This document shows, piece by piece, positions 17,676 through 25,303 of a stretch of 64,000 nucleotides of DNA. Source of the DNA: an uncultured Candidatus Saccharibacteria bacterium (lineage in GTDB: Bacteria > Patescibacteriota > Saccharimonadia > Saccharimonadales > CAZVRA01); the NCBI GenBank assembly GCA_964630055.1, contig CAZVRA010000002.1:207021-271020 (forward strand). The letters run 5' to 3'. How positions within the stretch are numbered: position 1 is the stretch's first letter; each line of letters begins with the position of its first letter. The notes below the pieces were generated by a model. It was not told where the DNA came from. It did not search any database and worked only from the letters and a program-made list of their open reading frames with translations. Made by a program: the position numbers and the translations under genes.

Positions 17676-19637
17676 GTGGGCAGACCAGTAATTCTTAGCA
17701 ATGGCCAGATGTTTGTGGGGCTGGACGAGCACGGCTTGGTGCACGATTTTTATTATCCTTATGTTGGTCTAGAAAACCTGACCACGGCTCGCAGCATGCA
17801 GCACAAAATTGGTGTCTGGACCGATGGCCATTTTTCGTGGATCGACGACGGAACCTGGCAGGTAACTACCGACTTTGAGCCGGGTGCGCTAATTAGCGAT
17901 ATTCGTTTGCATAGCGATCAATTGCAGGTTGGCTTGCACCTAAAAGATTACATCGACCCCGAATTTAACGCTTTGGTGCGCCGGATTCAGATTACTAATA
18001 GTGCGCCTGGCGGCCGAGAAATTCGGCTGTTTATGCACCAGGTTTTCGAGATTTCGCGGGATGGCCGATCCGACACGGCACTTTACGTGCCCGACCAGCA
18101 TTACATCCTGGACTACAAAGGTCGCTACAGCTTGCTAATTGGCGGCAAAGACGACTCCGGCGAGACGTTCGACCAGTATGCCATTGGCAATTATGCAATC
18201 GAGGGCAAGGCTGGTACGTTTAGGGACGCCGAAGACGGCGACCTTTCTAACAATCCGGTAGAGCACGGCGGTGTCGACAGCGTGATTCGCTTTAGCTTGC
18301 ATGTGGAACCGGGCAATCCGCGAACCGTCGATTACTGGGTGGCTGCGGCTAGCAGTCAGGCCGATGCTAGCGTGGTTCATGCCGCATTTACAGATGGCGA
18401 TATGAGTGGCCGGATCAAATACGCCCGACGGCACTGGCAAAAATGGTTAAATAATAGCTCTGCCAAGCTAGCCAAAGTACCGGCAAAGTTAAAAGTACCG
18501 CTGCAAAAATCGCTAATGATTATAAAAGCCCACTGCGATGACCGCGGCTCGGTGCTGGCCAGCGGCGACTCCAGCATTTATAATTACGGCCGCGATTACT
18601 ACTGTTATTGCTGGCCGCGCGACGCTTGTTATGCCCTCAAGCCACTAATCCGTCTTGGCTACTACGATGAGGCCAAAGCTTTTTTTGCCTTTGCTCGCGA
18701 CACCATGCACCCCGACGGTTATCTAATGCACAAATACCAGCCCGACCGGTCAATTGGCAGTACCTGGCATCCGTTGGTGCACGGCAAAAATGTTGAGCTA
18801 GCCATTCAGGAAGACGAAACAGCCATTGTGCTACACACAATTTACCAGTTTTTGGTTGCTAGCGGCGACAAAGATTTTGTCGAAAATTTGTACAACAAAC
18901 TAATTTTGCCTTGCGCTAACTTTTTAGCCAAATATGTCGATAAAGAGTCGGGTCTGCCGCACGCCAGCTACGACCTGTGGGAGCAGGTATTTTTAACCAC
19001 TACCTACTCTACCAGCGTGACGATTGCCGGGCTCGAAGCCGCTAGCGCTATCGCTACCGAGCTAGAACACCCTTCGGAGGCTGCTCGCTGGAAAAAGGCT
19101 GCCGCCGGATTCCGCCGCAATTTAGACAAATTATTTATTGCCCCAAGCGACAAACAGGCCGGCTACTTTAGGCGCGGCCAGCTACTTTTGCCGGGCGGCA
19201 ATTGGCAAACCAACGACAGCGTCGATATCGCCAGCCTGTACGGGCTATTTAGTTATGCCAAGTTGCCAGCCGATGATTTGCGCATGCAAGAAACCCTGGC
19301 CGCTGTCGAGCGGGACATATACAATAAGGGGCCAATCGGCGGTGTTATCCGTTATTTTGGTGACGATTATTTTTTGGCCAAGCCACAATATGGCGGTAAT
19401 CCGTGGGCCGTTTGTACACTGTGGTTAGCACAGTACTATGTGCAATTAGGGCGCATTGCCGAAGCCAGCGAGCTAGTAAGCTGGGCCCTGGCTCGCAGTT
19501 TGCCATCTGGAATTTTGAGCGAACAATTTGACCCCGAAGATGGCCGTCAACTGGGTGTTGCACCCTTGGTTTGGAGTCACGCCGAACTAATTAATACCAT
19601 TTTAGATTTGGCCGAACAAGACCAAGAGCCTAGCTAG
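17676..19637 (+). CDS. glycoside hydrolase family 15 (glucoamylase/glucodextranase-like)
   Basis: 653 aa with an (alpha/alpha)6-type C-terminal region (CWPRDA, YDLWEQ, NPWAVCTLWLAQYY). GTG start immediately after the GH57 stop. Confidence 0.8.
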   Translation: MGRPVILSNGQMFVGLDEHGLVHDFYYPYVGLENLTTARSMQHKIGVWTDGHFSWIDDGTWQVTTDFEPGALISDIRLHSDQLQVGLHLKDYIDPEFNALVRRIQITNSAPGGREIRLFMHQVFEISRDGRSDTALYVPDQHYILDYKGRYSLLIGGKDDSGETFDQYAIGNYAIEGKAGTFRDAEDGDLSNNPVEHGGVDSVIRFSLHVEPGNPRTVDYWVAAASSQADASVVHAAFTDGDMSGRIKYARRHWQKWLNNSSAKLAKVPAKLKVPLQKSLMIIKAHCDDRGSVLASGDSSIYNYGRDYYCYCWPRDACYALKPLIRLGYYDEAKAFFAFARDTMHPDGYLMHKYQPDRSIGSTWHPLVHGKNVELAIQEDETAIVLHTIYQFLVASGDKDFVENLYNKLILPCANFLAKYVDKESGLPHASYDLWEQVFLTTTYSTSVTIAGLEAASAIATELEHPSEAARWKKAAAGFRRNLDKLFIAPSDKQAGYFRRGQLLLPGGNWQTNDSVDIASLYGLFSYAKLPADDLRMQETLAAVERDIYNKGPIGGVIRYFGDDYFLAKPQYGGNPWAVCTLWLAQYYVQLGRIAEASELVSWALARSLPSGILSEQFDPEDGRQLGVAPLVWSHAELINTILDLAEQDQEPS

Positions 19638-19644
19638 TTTGTTG

Positions 19645-19845
19645 TTAGCGCTTTGGCGCTTCGTTGCGACCCAAAGATTTTTTGGTCTCGCTGTACCAAA
19701 CATGCTTACGCACCACGGGGTCATATTTGCGCAGACGCAGTTTGTCCGGCGTATTCATGGTGTTTTTCATGGTGTAATAGTGGCGATGACCGGTTTCCTC
19801 GGACACCAAGCCCACAATCTTGCGTTTATCGGTTTTCTTTGCCAT
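19645..19845 (-). CDS. rpmG: 50S ribosomal protein L33
   Basis: Only the last 66 codons of the 150 aa track ORF are used: [56 protein letters not shown]. This is L33-like (Cys-less type). Confidence 0.85.
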   Translation of the reverse strand: MAKKTDKRKIVGLVSEETGHRHYYTMKNTMNTPDKLRLRKYDPVVRKHVWYSETKKSLGRNEAPKR

Positions 19846-19896
19846 AGGTAAATAGTTTAACAGATTGATTAGCATTTGGCAACAGCTGCGAAAGCA

Positions 19897-19923
19897 TATA
19901 TCACGGTTAGGCCGTGATATAAT
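19897..19923 (+). promoter_or_regulatory. perfect 10 bp palindrome overlapping an extended -10 promoter for mazG (near-leaderless)
   Basis: TATATCACGG-ttagg-CCGTGATATA (19897..19921). TGaTATAAT at 19915..19923, with the ATG at 19930. Confidence 0.45.
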
Positions 19924-19929
19924 TTGGTT

Positions 19930-20262
19930 ATGAAATTTAGCGATTACCAGCAAAAAGCACCAGATACTGCCATTCACCACCCCGACTCGCTTATGGACCA
20001 GAGCATTTGGGCAATGGGCATAGCTGGTGAGGCTGGCGAAGTGATAGAAAAATGGAAAAAAATTGTTGCCTACAAAGACGGCGTCGTGTCGGCCCAAGAC
20101 AAGCAGGAGCTGGCCAAGGAATTGGGCGATGTTTTATGGTACATATCTTTGTTTGCCGATAGCTTAGGCCTAAAGTTAGAGGACATTGCCAGCAAGAATT
20201 TAGAAAAACTAGCCAGCCGCAAAGCCCGCGGTGTAACTAAAGGCGCTGGGGATAATCGCTAG
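19930..20262 (+). CDS. mazG: MazG-like nucleotide pyrophosphohydrolase
   Basis: 110 aa. [17 protein letters not shown] and [17 protein letters not shown] EExxE/D-type motifs. Confidence 0.8.
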   Translation: MKFSDYQQKAPDTAIHHPDSLMDQSIWAMGIAGEAGEVIEKWKKIVAYKDGVVSAQDKQELAKELGDVLWYISLFADSLGLKLEDIASKNLEKLASRKARGVTKGAGDNR

Positions 20263-20279
20263 CTGTAAAAGTCGTATCC

Positions 20280-20521
20280 TGGAGCATTTCTACCGAAACG
20301 CTAGAACCCATTTTAGCAAAAACCAACAGATAAGAACAGATGTGAAGTGGAAGAAAGAGGACAACCTGCGAAACCAGCCACGCCGTTTGCCAGCCAAAGG
20401 CTGACCCGCCCCGCCAGCCCTGGATTTTGATTGTTTTTGGATTTCCCCCGCCGAATTTCTTTTTTTGCATTGGAAAAATCCATGTCTGTCGGGTCGGCTG
20501 CCCACAAGGGCAGAAACGGCT
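20280..20521 (-). repeat. 242 bp inverted repeat, left copy (X-L)
   Basis: I checked it base by base. It is the perfect reverse complement of 23190..23431. Confidence 0.97.
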
Positions 20522-20533
20522 GCGGTATTCAAG

Positions 20534-22018
20534 CTAGACTGGCAACTCATTCATTAACTTTATAAACTGTGGTTCGACTTTAGGTTTAATCATCATCAAC
20601 ATTGTGGATATACCATTGTCTAGCCCAATATCTTTGATGTACTGCTGGCGTAAATGTGCTAGATGACTGCTTGTAAATTCTTCACCTGATTGAAATCCAA
20701 AATAATTCTTAAACTGCGCCATTCGCGCAAGTAATTCATCAGGGTTGCGTAGGTAATTTGGCTGATTCACAGAATTTTCATCAACTAATTGGTTGTAGAT
20801 ATCCCAGTCAAAGCCACTCCTTACTTCTGTAACAGCCGAGCCCTTGACGTCAACCATGCCGTGATATGCTTCGTGTCCAGCGATAATATCTTTTTGTCTA
20901 TCTGTAAGCTGATTCCCAGCTTGATTGGCGGCATCAGAATAGATTGTTCCAGTTTTTCCTATCTTACCGTGTCCTAGACTACCTTGCGATTTGCCACTAA
21001 CATCTTGTGCTTTGCCATAGCCCACAGCAGAGTAAACTCTTGTGAGATTATCATCAAACTGATCTAATTGAGCCTGGTAGTGCGTCTGAAAGTTTTCAGG
21101 CTTGTCTAGCACCGACCGTGTAACCCCTGGCTCAAGTGAGTTAATGTGGTTAGAAATGAATCTGGTGAATTTTTCTCGAAAATCCGGTGACTGCATACGC
21201 TGGAGCTGCAAATTAAACCAGTTTCCTTGGTAGTTTGCTGTTTCGGCGACAGAAATCTGTTCAGTATCAAGATTCTGTGCGCTTGCTAAAATTTCCTGCG
21301 CTCTAGCTTCTATAGTTTGGCGGACAGTTGCTTCCATTGTTTCAGTAATCGGCATACCATAAACAGCGTGTGCAAAACCTTCCGAAAATGCTTCGTGGTC
21401 TTTGTTGTCGCTATGCCACTCATCGGCTTCTCGTCCATATCTTGTAGGGCTTTCACTAGCAGCGACACGATGATATGCCTCGCCAGTTTTTGTTTGTCCA
21501 TCTAGTACATGTCCGATTTCGTGTACCAGCGTATATTCTAACGCACCGCCAGATCGTTGCTCGTCAGGAAAACCAGCAAGTTCGTCGGCACTGTACGAGC
21601 CGCTTACTTGTTTCATTTCTGCAACGCTCAAAAGCATTTTTCTCCCGTTAAGCAGCACCTGATTTTCTTCTGCTACTGCTTTTGCGCCGCCCCCTGCAAC
21701 ATCCTCGCCGATTTTTATATGTAGTCCTGTAAAAATGTCAGTGGCTCTGCCGCCTGTAAAGCGGTCAATGGCTTCTAACGCGCCAGTCGTAGACGCAATA
21801 AGTTGTTGTTCTTCTTCTGGTGAATAGCCTGGCATTACCTCAACCAAAACCCTACACTCGCCAGCGCTAGACATACACATCAAAGCCTCACCGTTTTCGT
21901 GATGAACTTCAGAAAAATGTTCTGGGTGTTCTGGTCTGTTGAATGTCTCGGTGTAATTTCCGTCGTCTGTTGTATCGTGCGCTCTAAGCGCTGGATTATC
22001 CGTCAGCTGCTCACTCAT
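20534..22018 (-). CDS. hypothetical protein with two HExxH metallopeptidase-like motifs
   Basis: Start chosen at ATG 22018 (MSEQLTDNP), an 8 nt overlap with the upstream gene. LVHEIGHVLDG is at nt 21509..21523 and is followed by HEAFSEGFAHAV. A second AGHEAYHGM is at nt 20861..20875. No signal peptide is obvious. Confidence 0.7.
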   Translation of the reverse strand: MSEQLTDNPALRAHDTTDDGNYTETFNRPEHPEHFSEVHHENGEALMCMSSAGECRVLVEVMPGYSPEEEQQLIASTTGALEAIDRFTGGRATDIFTGLHIKIGEDVAGGGAKAVAEENQVLLNGRKMLLSVAEMKQVSGSYSADELAGFPDEQRSGGALEYTLVHEIGHVLDGQTKTGEAYHRVAASESPTRYGREADEWHSDNKDHEAFSEGFAHAVYGMPITETMEATVRQTIEARAQEILASAQNLDTEQISVAETANYQGNWFNLQLQRMQSPDFREKFTRFISNHINSLEPGVTRSVLDKPENFQTHYQAQLDQFDDNLTRVYSAVGYGKAQDVSGKSQGSLGHGKIGKTGTIYSDAANQAGNQLTDRQKDIIAGHEAYHGMVDVKGSAVTEVRSGFDWDIYNQLVDENSVNQPNYLRNPDELLARMAQFKNYFGFQSGEEFTSSHLAHLRQQYIKDIGLDNGISTMLMMIKPKVEPQFIKLMNELPV

Positions 22019-23147
22019 TATCAATCCCCAGAGACCGTCCCGATATAACACGAGCGTTTTTAACAAAGTCAATCACAGACGCCTTAGCTTGTTCGGTCGT
22101 CCCCACATATCTGCCAGGAGTAGTATTGGCATAAGCATCAAAAACGATAATTGTACTCTCGATTTTAGCAATAAATGGTGCTACGCCAATTACTTTTTGA
22201 TGATCCTTGTTAGGTTGTAAAATAGTTCGGCCATCAGACTGATAAACTACATTGCAAGGCAACAATGTCGGGGTGTCATATTGCTCTTTTTTCTTTTCGT
22301 ATTTTATTTTTCCCCAGACACCCGTATATTCACGTAGTTTCTCGTAATCACAGCTGCCAGATAAAATGAAAAGGTTCTCAATTACATCGTCATACTTTGC
22401 TTCTGCGAATCTGATAGTTCCCTGAGGTGTTTCGAATTTTGCATGGATGTACATAATACTTGAGTTGTCGTTCGGGTCATCTTGACGTGTATCAATACCG
22501 ACTTTATCAAAATAAGAGGTGTCTGGTGCATAAAGGTCAAAATCAAAACCTTTCTCTAAAGTTGAATTTTCTGGCACTGTAGCTGAGTTTGAGCTGCCAG
22601 TACTCTGGTTATTTGCAGTATAATTTCCTGAAAGCGAAAGCGCTAGTACTAACACGAATCCAGTACAAAGTTTGATTAAGATATTGTTGTTACTTGAAAC
22701 AAGCACATATGAACAGAAATATACGATTGCACAAATAATTATCAATACGGGTGTAAAAATGTAAGTAGTTATGCCTGCCAAAGCTGTCGCAATTGAACGC
22801 CACGCTATCATTACCAGTGCAGTTCCTAATATTGCCTGTACGAATGGTCGACGATAGTTCAATTGCTTCAGCAGCAGTCCACTTGCAACAGTAATCACTA
22901 CAGGCGTCACCACGGTGAGAATCATTCCGATTAAGTTGCTAAATGCAAGCGCCAATGCCAGGCCGGATAATCCATTGCTGAACGCATCCTCCGCTGAGCC
23001 AAATATGACTTTTACAACAACAAGGTTTAGCAAAAACATAGCAGGTATCTGTAAACCACCAATAATTAAGGGAGGATAAACGGAAGACTCCAAGTTGTAG
23101 TCGGTTATATTATTGTATTTTGGATTATAAAAGTTTGTATTTTTCAT
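22011..23147 (-). CDS. multi-pass membrane protein with ~190 aa soluble C-terminal domain, unknown function
   Basis: 378 aa. About 5-6 hydrophobic helices in the first ~190 aa, then an Asn/Ser-rich linker and a globular-looking tail. Lies in an AT-rich region. Confidence 0.7.
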   Translation of the reverse strand: MKNTNFYNPKYNNITDYNLESSVYPPLIIGGLQIPAMFLLNLVVVKVIFGSAEDAFSNGLSGLALALAFSNLIGMILTVVTPVVITVASGLLLKQLNYRRPFVQAILGTALVMIAWRSIATALAGITTYIFTPVLIIICAIVYFCSYVLVSSNNNILIKLCTGFVLVLALSLSGNYTANNQSTGSSNSATVPENSTLEKGFDFDLYAPDTSYFDKVGIDTRQDDPNDNSSIMYIHAKFETPQGTIRFAEAKYDDVIENLFILSGSCDYEKLREYTGVWGKIKYEKKKEQYDTPTLLPCNVVYQSDGRTILQPNKDHQKVIGVAPFIAKIESTIIVFDAYANTTPGRYVGTTEQAKASVIDFVKNARVISGRSLGIDNE

Positions 23148-23189
23148 CTTTTGTCCTAGTCATATCATATCATGTTTCATCGAAGCTTT

Positions 23190-23431
23190 AGCCGTTTCTG
23201 CCCTTGTGGGCAGCCGACCCGACAGACATGGATTTTTCCAATGCAAAAAAAGAAATTCGGCGGGGGAAATCCAAAAACAATCAAAATCCAGGGCTGGCGG
23301 GGCGGGTCAGCCTTTGGCTGGCAAACGGCGTGGCTGGTTTCGCAGGTTGTCCTCTTTCTTCCACTTCACATCTGTTCTTATCTGTTGGTTTTTGCTAAAA
23401 TGGGTTCTAGCGTTTCGGTAGAAATGCTCCA
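23190..23431 (+). repeat. 242 bp inverted repeat, right copy (X-R)
   Basis: Perfect reverse complement of 20280..20521. Ends in GCTCCA (23426..23431). Confidence 0.97.
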
Positions 23432-23562
23432 AAACCGGACTTAAATTGGAATTGTCGCCCTCTTGGGCGATTTTTTCTTTGGCGGTGCGAAGCACCAGCC
23501 AAAGATTTTCTTGGGGGGAATGAGATTTTGGGTCGCTGGAAGCGACCGCAATTTTGGTTTTG
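23426..23562 (-). repeat. 137 bp inverted repeat B' (inverted copy of the recombinase 3' end plus tRNA-proximal junction)
   Basis: Reverse complement of 25108..25244 with a single mismatch (23529 vs 25141, synonymous in the recombinase frame). Confidence 0.95.
23455..23476 (+). terminator. intrinsic terminator-like hairpin inside B' (plus-strand sense)
   Basis: TCGCCC-tctt-GGGCGA followed by TTTTTT. It is the mirror of the tRNA-Thr terminator in repeat B. Confidence 0.5.
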
Positions 23563-23582
23563 CCCGCCGTAGGCGGTTTTTT
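23563..23582 (+). terminator. short GC hairpin plus T-run just outside B'
   Basis: CCGCC-gta-GGCGG followed by TTTTTT. Only the plus strand has the U-tract after the stem. Confidence 0.4.
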
Positions 23583-23590
23583 GTTATAAT
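23582..23590 (+). promoter_or_regulatory. extended -10 promoter candidate for the recombinase gene
   Basis: TGtTATAAT, about 118 nt upstream of the recombinase ATG. Confidence 0.4.
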
Positions 23591-23597
23591 CGTAAGT

Positions 23598-23670
23598 GGA
23601 TACAATCAGCTCAAGAGAGGTCTTTTTTAATGGCCGTCCCAGACAAACAAGATTTCTCTTGATTGTATCC
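23598..23670. promoter_or_regulatory. imperfect inverted repeat in the recombinase 5' region
   Basis: GGATACAATCAgctcAAGAGA (23598..) pairs with TCTCTTGATTGTATCC (23655..23670). The arms are 11+6 bp and are separated by about 37 nt. Confidence 0.4.
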
Positions 23671-23707
23671 AACTGGGGCGGTCATTAAAATTATGGGGGT
23701 AATTTCT

Positions 23708-25303
23708 ATGAATCAAAATCGCTACATTTTGTATGCTCGTAAGAGTACGGATGTTGAGGACAAGCAAGTTTTGAGCATTGAAGCACAGTTAGCAGAACTT
23801 CGGAACTACGCCAGAGATAACGGTCTAGTCGTGGTGGACACTGTTATTGAGAAAAAGTCCGCCAAAACTCCAGGCCGTCCGAAGTTCGGCGATGTCCTAC
23901 AACGCATACAAAATGGCGAAGCCACCGCAATTTTGGCGTGGCACCCCGATAGACTTGCCAGAAATAGTATAGACGGCGGACAAATTATCTATTTACTAGA
24001 CCAAAAGCATTTAGCCGACTTGAAGTTTCAGACATTTTGGTTTGAGAACACATCACAGGGCAAGTTTATGTTGTCTATCGCTTTTGGTCAGAGCAAATAC
24101 TATGTAGATAATTTGTCAGAGAACACCAAGCGTGGGCTTCGCGCGAAAATTCGGCGTGGCGAGTTTCCTGGTATTGCTCCGTTTGGCTATTACAACAACA
24201 CCAAGAGTAAGACGGTGCATATAGATAAACGCCAAGCCAAATTAGTTGAAGCGATTTTTGTTTTATATTCTTTGGGGCAAAGCACTTTTCAAGATATAGC
24301 CGACTATTTGTTTGAGCGTGGCATAAAAACCAGCGGCGGCAAGCCATACAGCAAAGACAAGGTAAAGTATATCTTGAAAAACCCGTTTTATTACGGTCAT
24401 TTCATTTACGGCGGCGAGATTTACGCGGGCAAACATACGCCCATTATTAGCAAGAAACTTTTTGATAAAGTGCGGACCGTCATAAAACAGCGAAGCCACC
24501 CGACTAAAGGCTTGATAGAGCCACAAGCCTACTGCGGACTACTCCGTTGCAACTGCGGTATGATGATAACTGCCGAAAACAAAACGAAACGGCAGAAAAA
24601 TGGCAATACACACCACTATATCTATTACAGGTGTAGCCGTAAGAATAGAACTGTGAAATGTACTGAACCTGCCGTTCGTTCTGAACTATTAGATCAGCAG
24701 TTATCTGATTTGTTGGCTGGCTTCGCCATGCCCCAAGAATATGCGGACAAAATGCGTGAGATGGCTAGTGCTGACGAACTCACTGAAAAAGCCAAGATAG
24801 ACGGCAAAATTGACAGTTTGCGGACAGACATCACGCATTTGTCCGAGAAATTACAAAGACTGTTGGACGGCTTCCTTGATGGCGTTTTGGAGCGTGATAT
24901 TTACACCCAAGAAAAAGCCAAAATTATGAGCCACAAGAAAACCATTGAAGAACAAATGAGCGATTTGGCATTAGGCACTTTGGAATGGGTTGAACCGCTG
25001 AATAATTGGCTAGAAAAAGCCGTTTCTATCTGTAAAATCGCTCAATCTACTGACCAAAACGCCAAAAAGTCGTTGCTACTGGAAATCTTTGGGTTGAACC
25101 TGTTTCTCAAAACCAAAATTGCGGTCGCTTCCAGCGACCCTAAATCTCATTCCCCCCAAGAAAATCTTTGGCTGGTGCTTCGCACCGCCAAAGAAAAAAT
25201 CGCCCAAGAGGGCGACAATTCCAATTTAAGTCCGGTTTTGGAGCCACGAGCCGGGATTGAACCGGCGACCTCATGCTTACCATGCATGCGCTCTGCCAAC
25301 TGA
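23708..25303 (+). CDS. large serine recombinase
   Basis: MNQNRYILYARKSTDVEDKQVLSIEAQ (catalytic Ser motif). Also a resolvase core, a recombinase domain, a Cys-rich zinc ribbon (CGLLRCNCG...YYRCSRKNRTVKC) and a coiled-coil. The ORF has no stop until 25301..25303, so it reads through repeat B and antisense into the tRNA-Thr gene. Confidence 0.9.
   Translation: MNQNRYILYARKSTDVEDKQVLSIEAQLAELRNYARDNGLVVVDTVIEKKSAKTPGRPKFGDVLQRIQNGEATAILAWHPDRLARNSIDGGQIIYLLDQKHLADLKFQTFWFENTSQGKFMLSIAFGQSKYYVDNLSENTKRGLRAKIRRGEFPGIAPFGYYNNTKSKTVHIDKRQAKLVEAIFVLYSLGQSTFQDIADYLFERGIKTSGGKPYSKDKVKYILKNPFYYGHFIYGGEIYAGKHTPIISKKLFDKVRTVIKQRSHPTKGLIEPQAYCGLLRCNCGMMITAENKTKRQKNGNTHHYIYYRCSRKNRTVKCTEPAVRSELLDQQLSDLLAGFAMPQEYADKMREMASADELTEKAKIDGKIDSLRTDITHLSEKLQRLLDGFLDGVLERDIYTQEKAKIMSHKKTIEEQMSDLALGTLEWVEPLNNWLEKAVSICKIAQSTDQNAKKSLLLEIFGLNLFLKTKIAVASSDPKSHSPQENLWLVLRTAKEKIAQEGDNSNLSPVLEPRAGIEPATSCLPCMRSAN
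25108..25244 (+). repeat. 137 bp inverted repeat B (recombinase 3' coding end up to the tRNA 3' terminus)
   Basis: See B'. Its last 6 nt (TGGAGC) are the complement of the tRNA-Thr 3' end GCTCCA. Confidence 0.95.
25194..25215 (-). terminator. intrinsic terminator 24 nt downstream of tRNA-Thr(GGT)
   Basis: The minus strand reads TCGCCC-tctt-GGGCGA followed by TTTTTT. It is encoded antisense within recombinase codons (EKIAQEGD). Confidence 0.6.

Larger units (their letters stand above)
20280..25244. mobile_element. putative serine-recombinase integrative/invertible element at the 3' end of tRNA-Thr(GGT)
   Basis: Bounded by direct TGGAGC hexamers (20280..20285 and 25239..25244, the latter being the tRNA 3' end). 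Contains a large serine recombinase, AT-richer cargo genes and two nested inverted-repeat pairs (see findings). Confidence 0.6.

Noticed and set aside
19645-20097. 150 aa minus-strand ORF
   Set aside because: Only the last 66 codons (from ATG 19845) match ribosomal protein L33. The upstream part overlaps the mazG gene and the intergenic promoter region.
20280-20521. Possibility that the 242 bp repeat is a tRNA, tmRNA or tRNA-like pseudogene
   Set aside because: The idea arose because the repeat ends in GCTCCA like tRNA-Thr and contains GGGTTCTAG. I could not fold a cloverleaf, acceptor stem or T-arm. Similarity to tRNA-Thr is limited to the terminal hexamer.
23172-23444. Three overlapping ORFs (64-90 aa) inside the 242 bp repeat, with mirrored copies at 20237..20550
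   Set aside because: All three frames are open simultaneously, which argues against any one being a real gene. They have no SD or promoter support and their peptides are Gly/Arg/Trp-rich nonsense-like. I treat this as a property of the repeat (see finding) rather than as CDS.
23307-23672. 121 aa minus-strand ORF
   Set aside because: It is a chimeric reading frame made of unique spacer, the inverted copy of the recombinase 3' end (B') and antisense repeat X. It is most simply a gene fragment carried by the duplication, not an independent gene. It only becomes relevant as an alternative C-terminus if the recombinase segment flips.
20280-25244. Tyrosine-integrase-style integration with a duplicated tRNA 3' segment as direct repeats
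   Set aside because: No tyrosine integrase is present, and the direct identity at the two island ends is only 6 bp. The long repeats are inverted, not direct.
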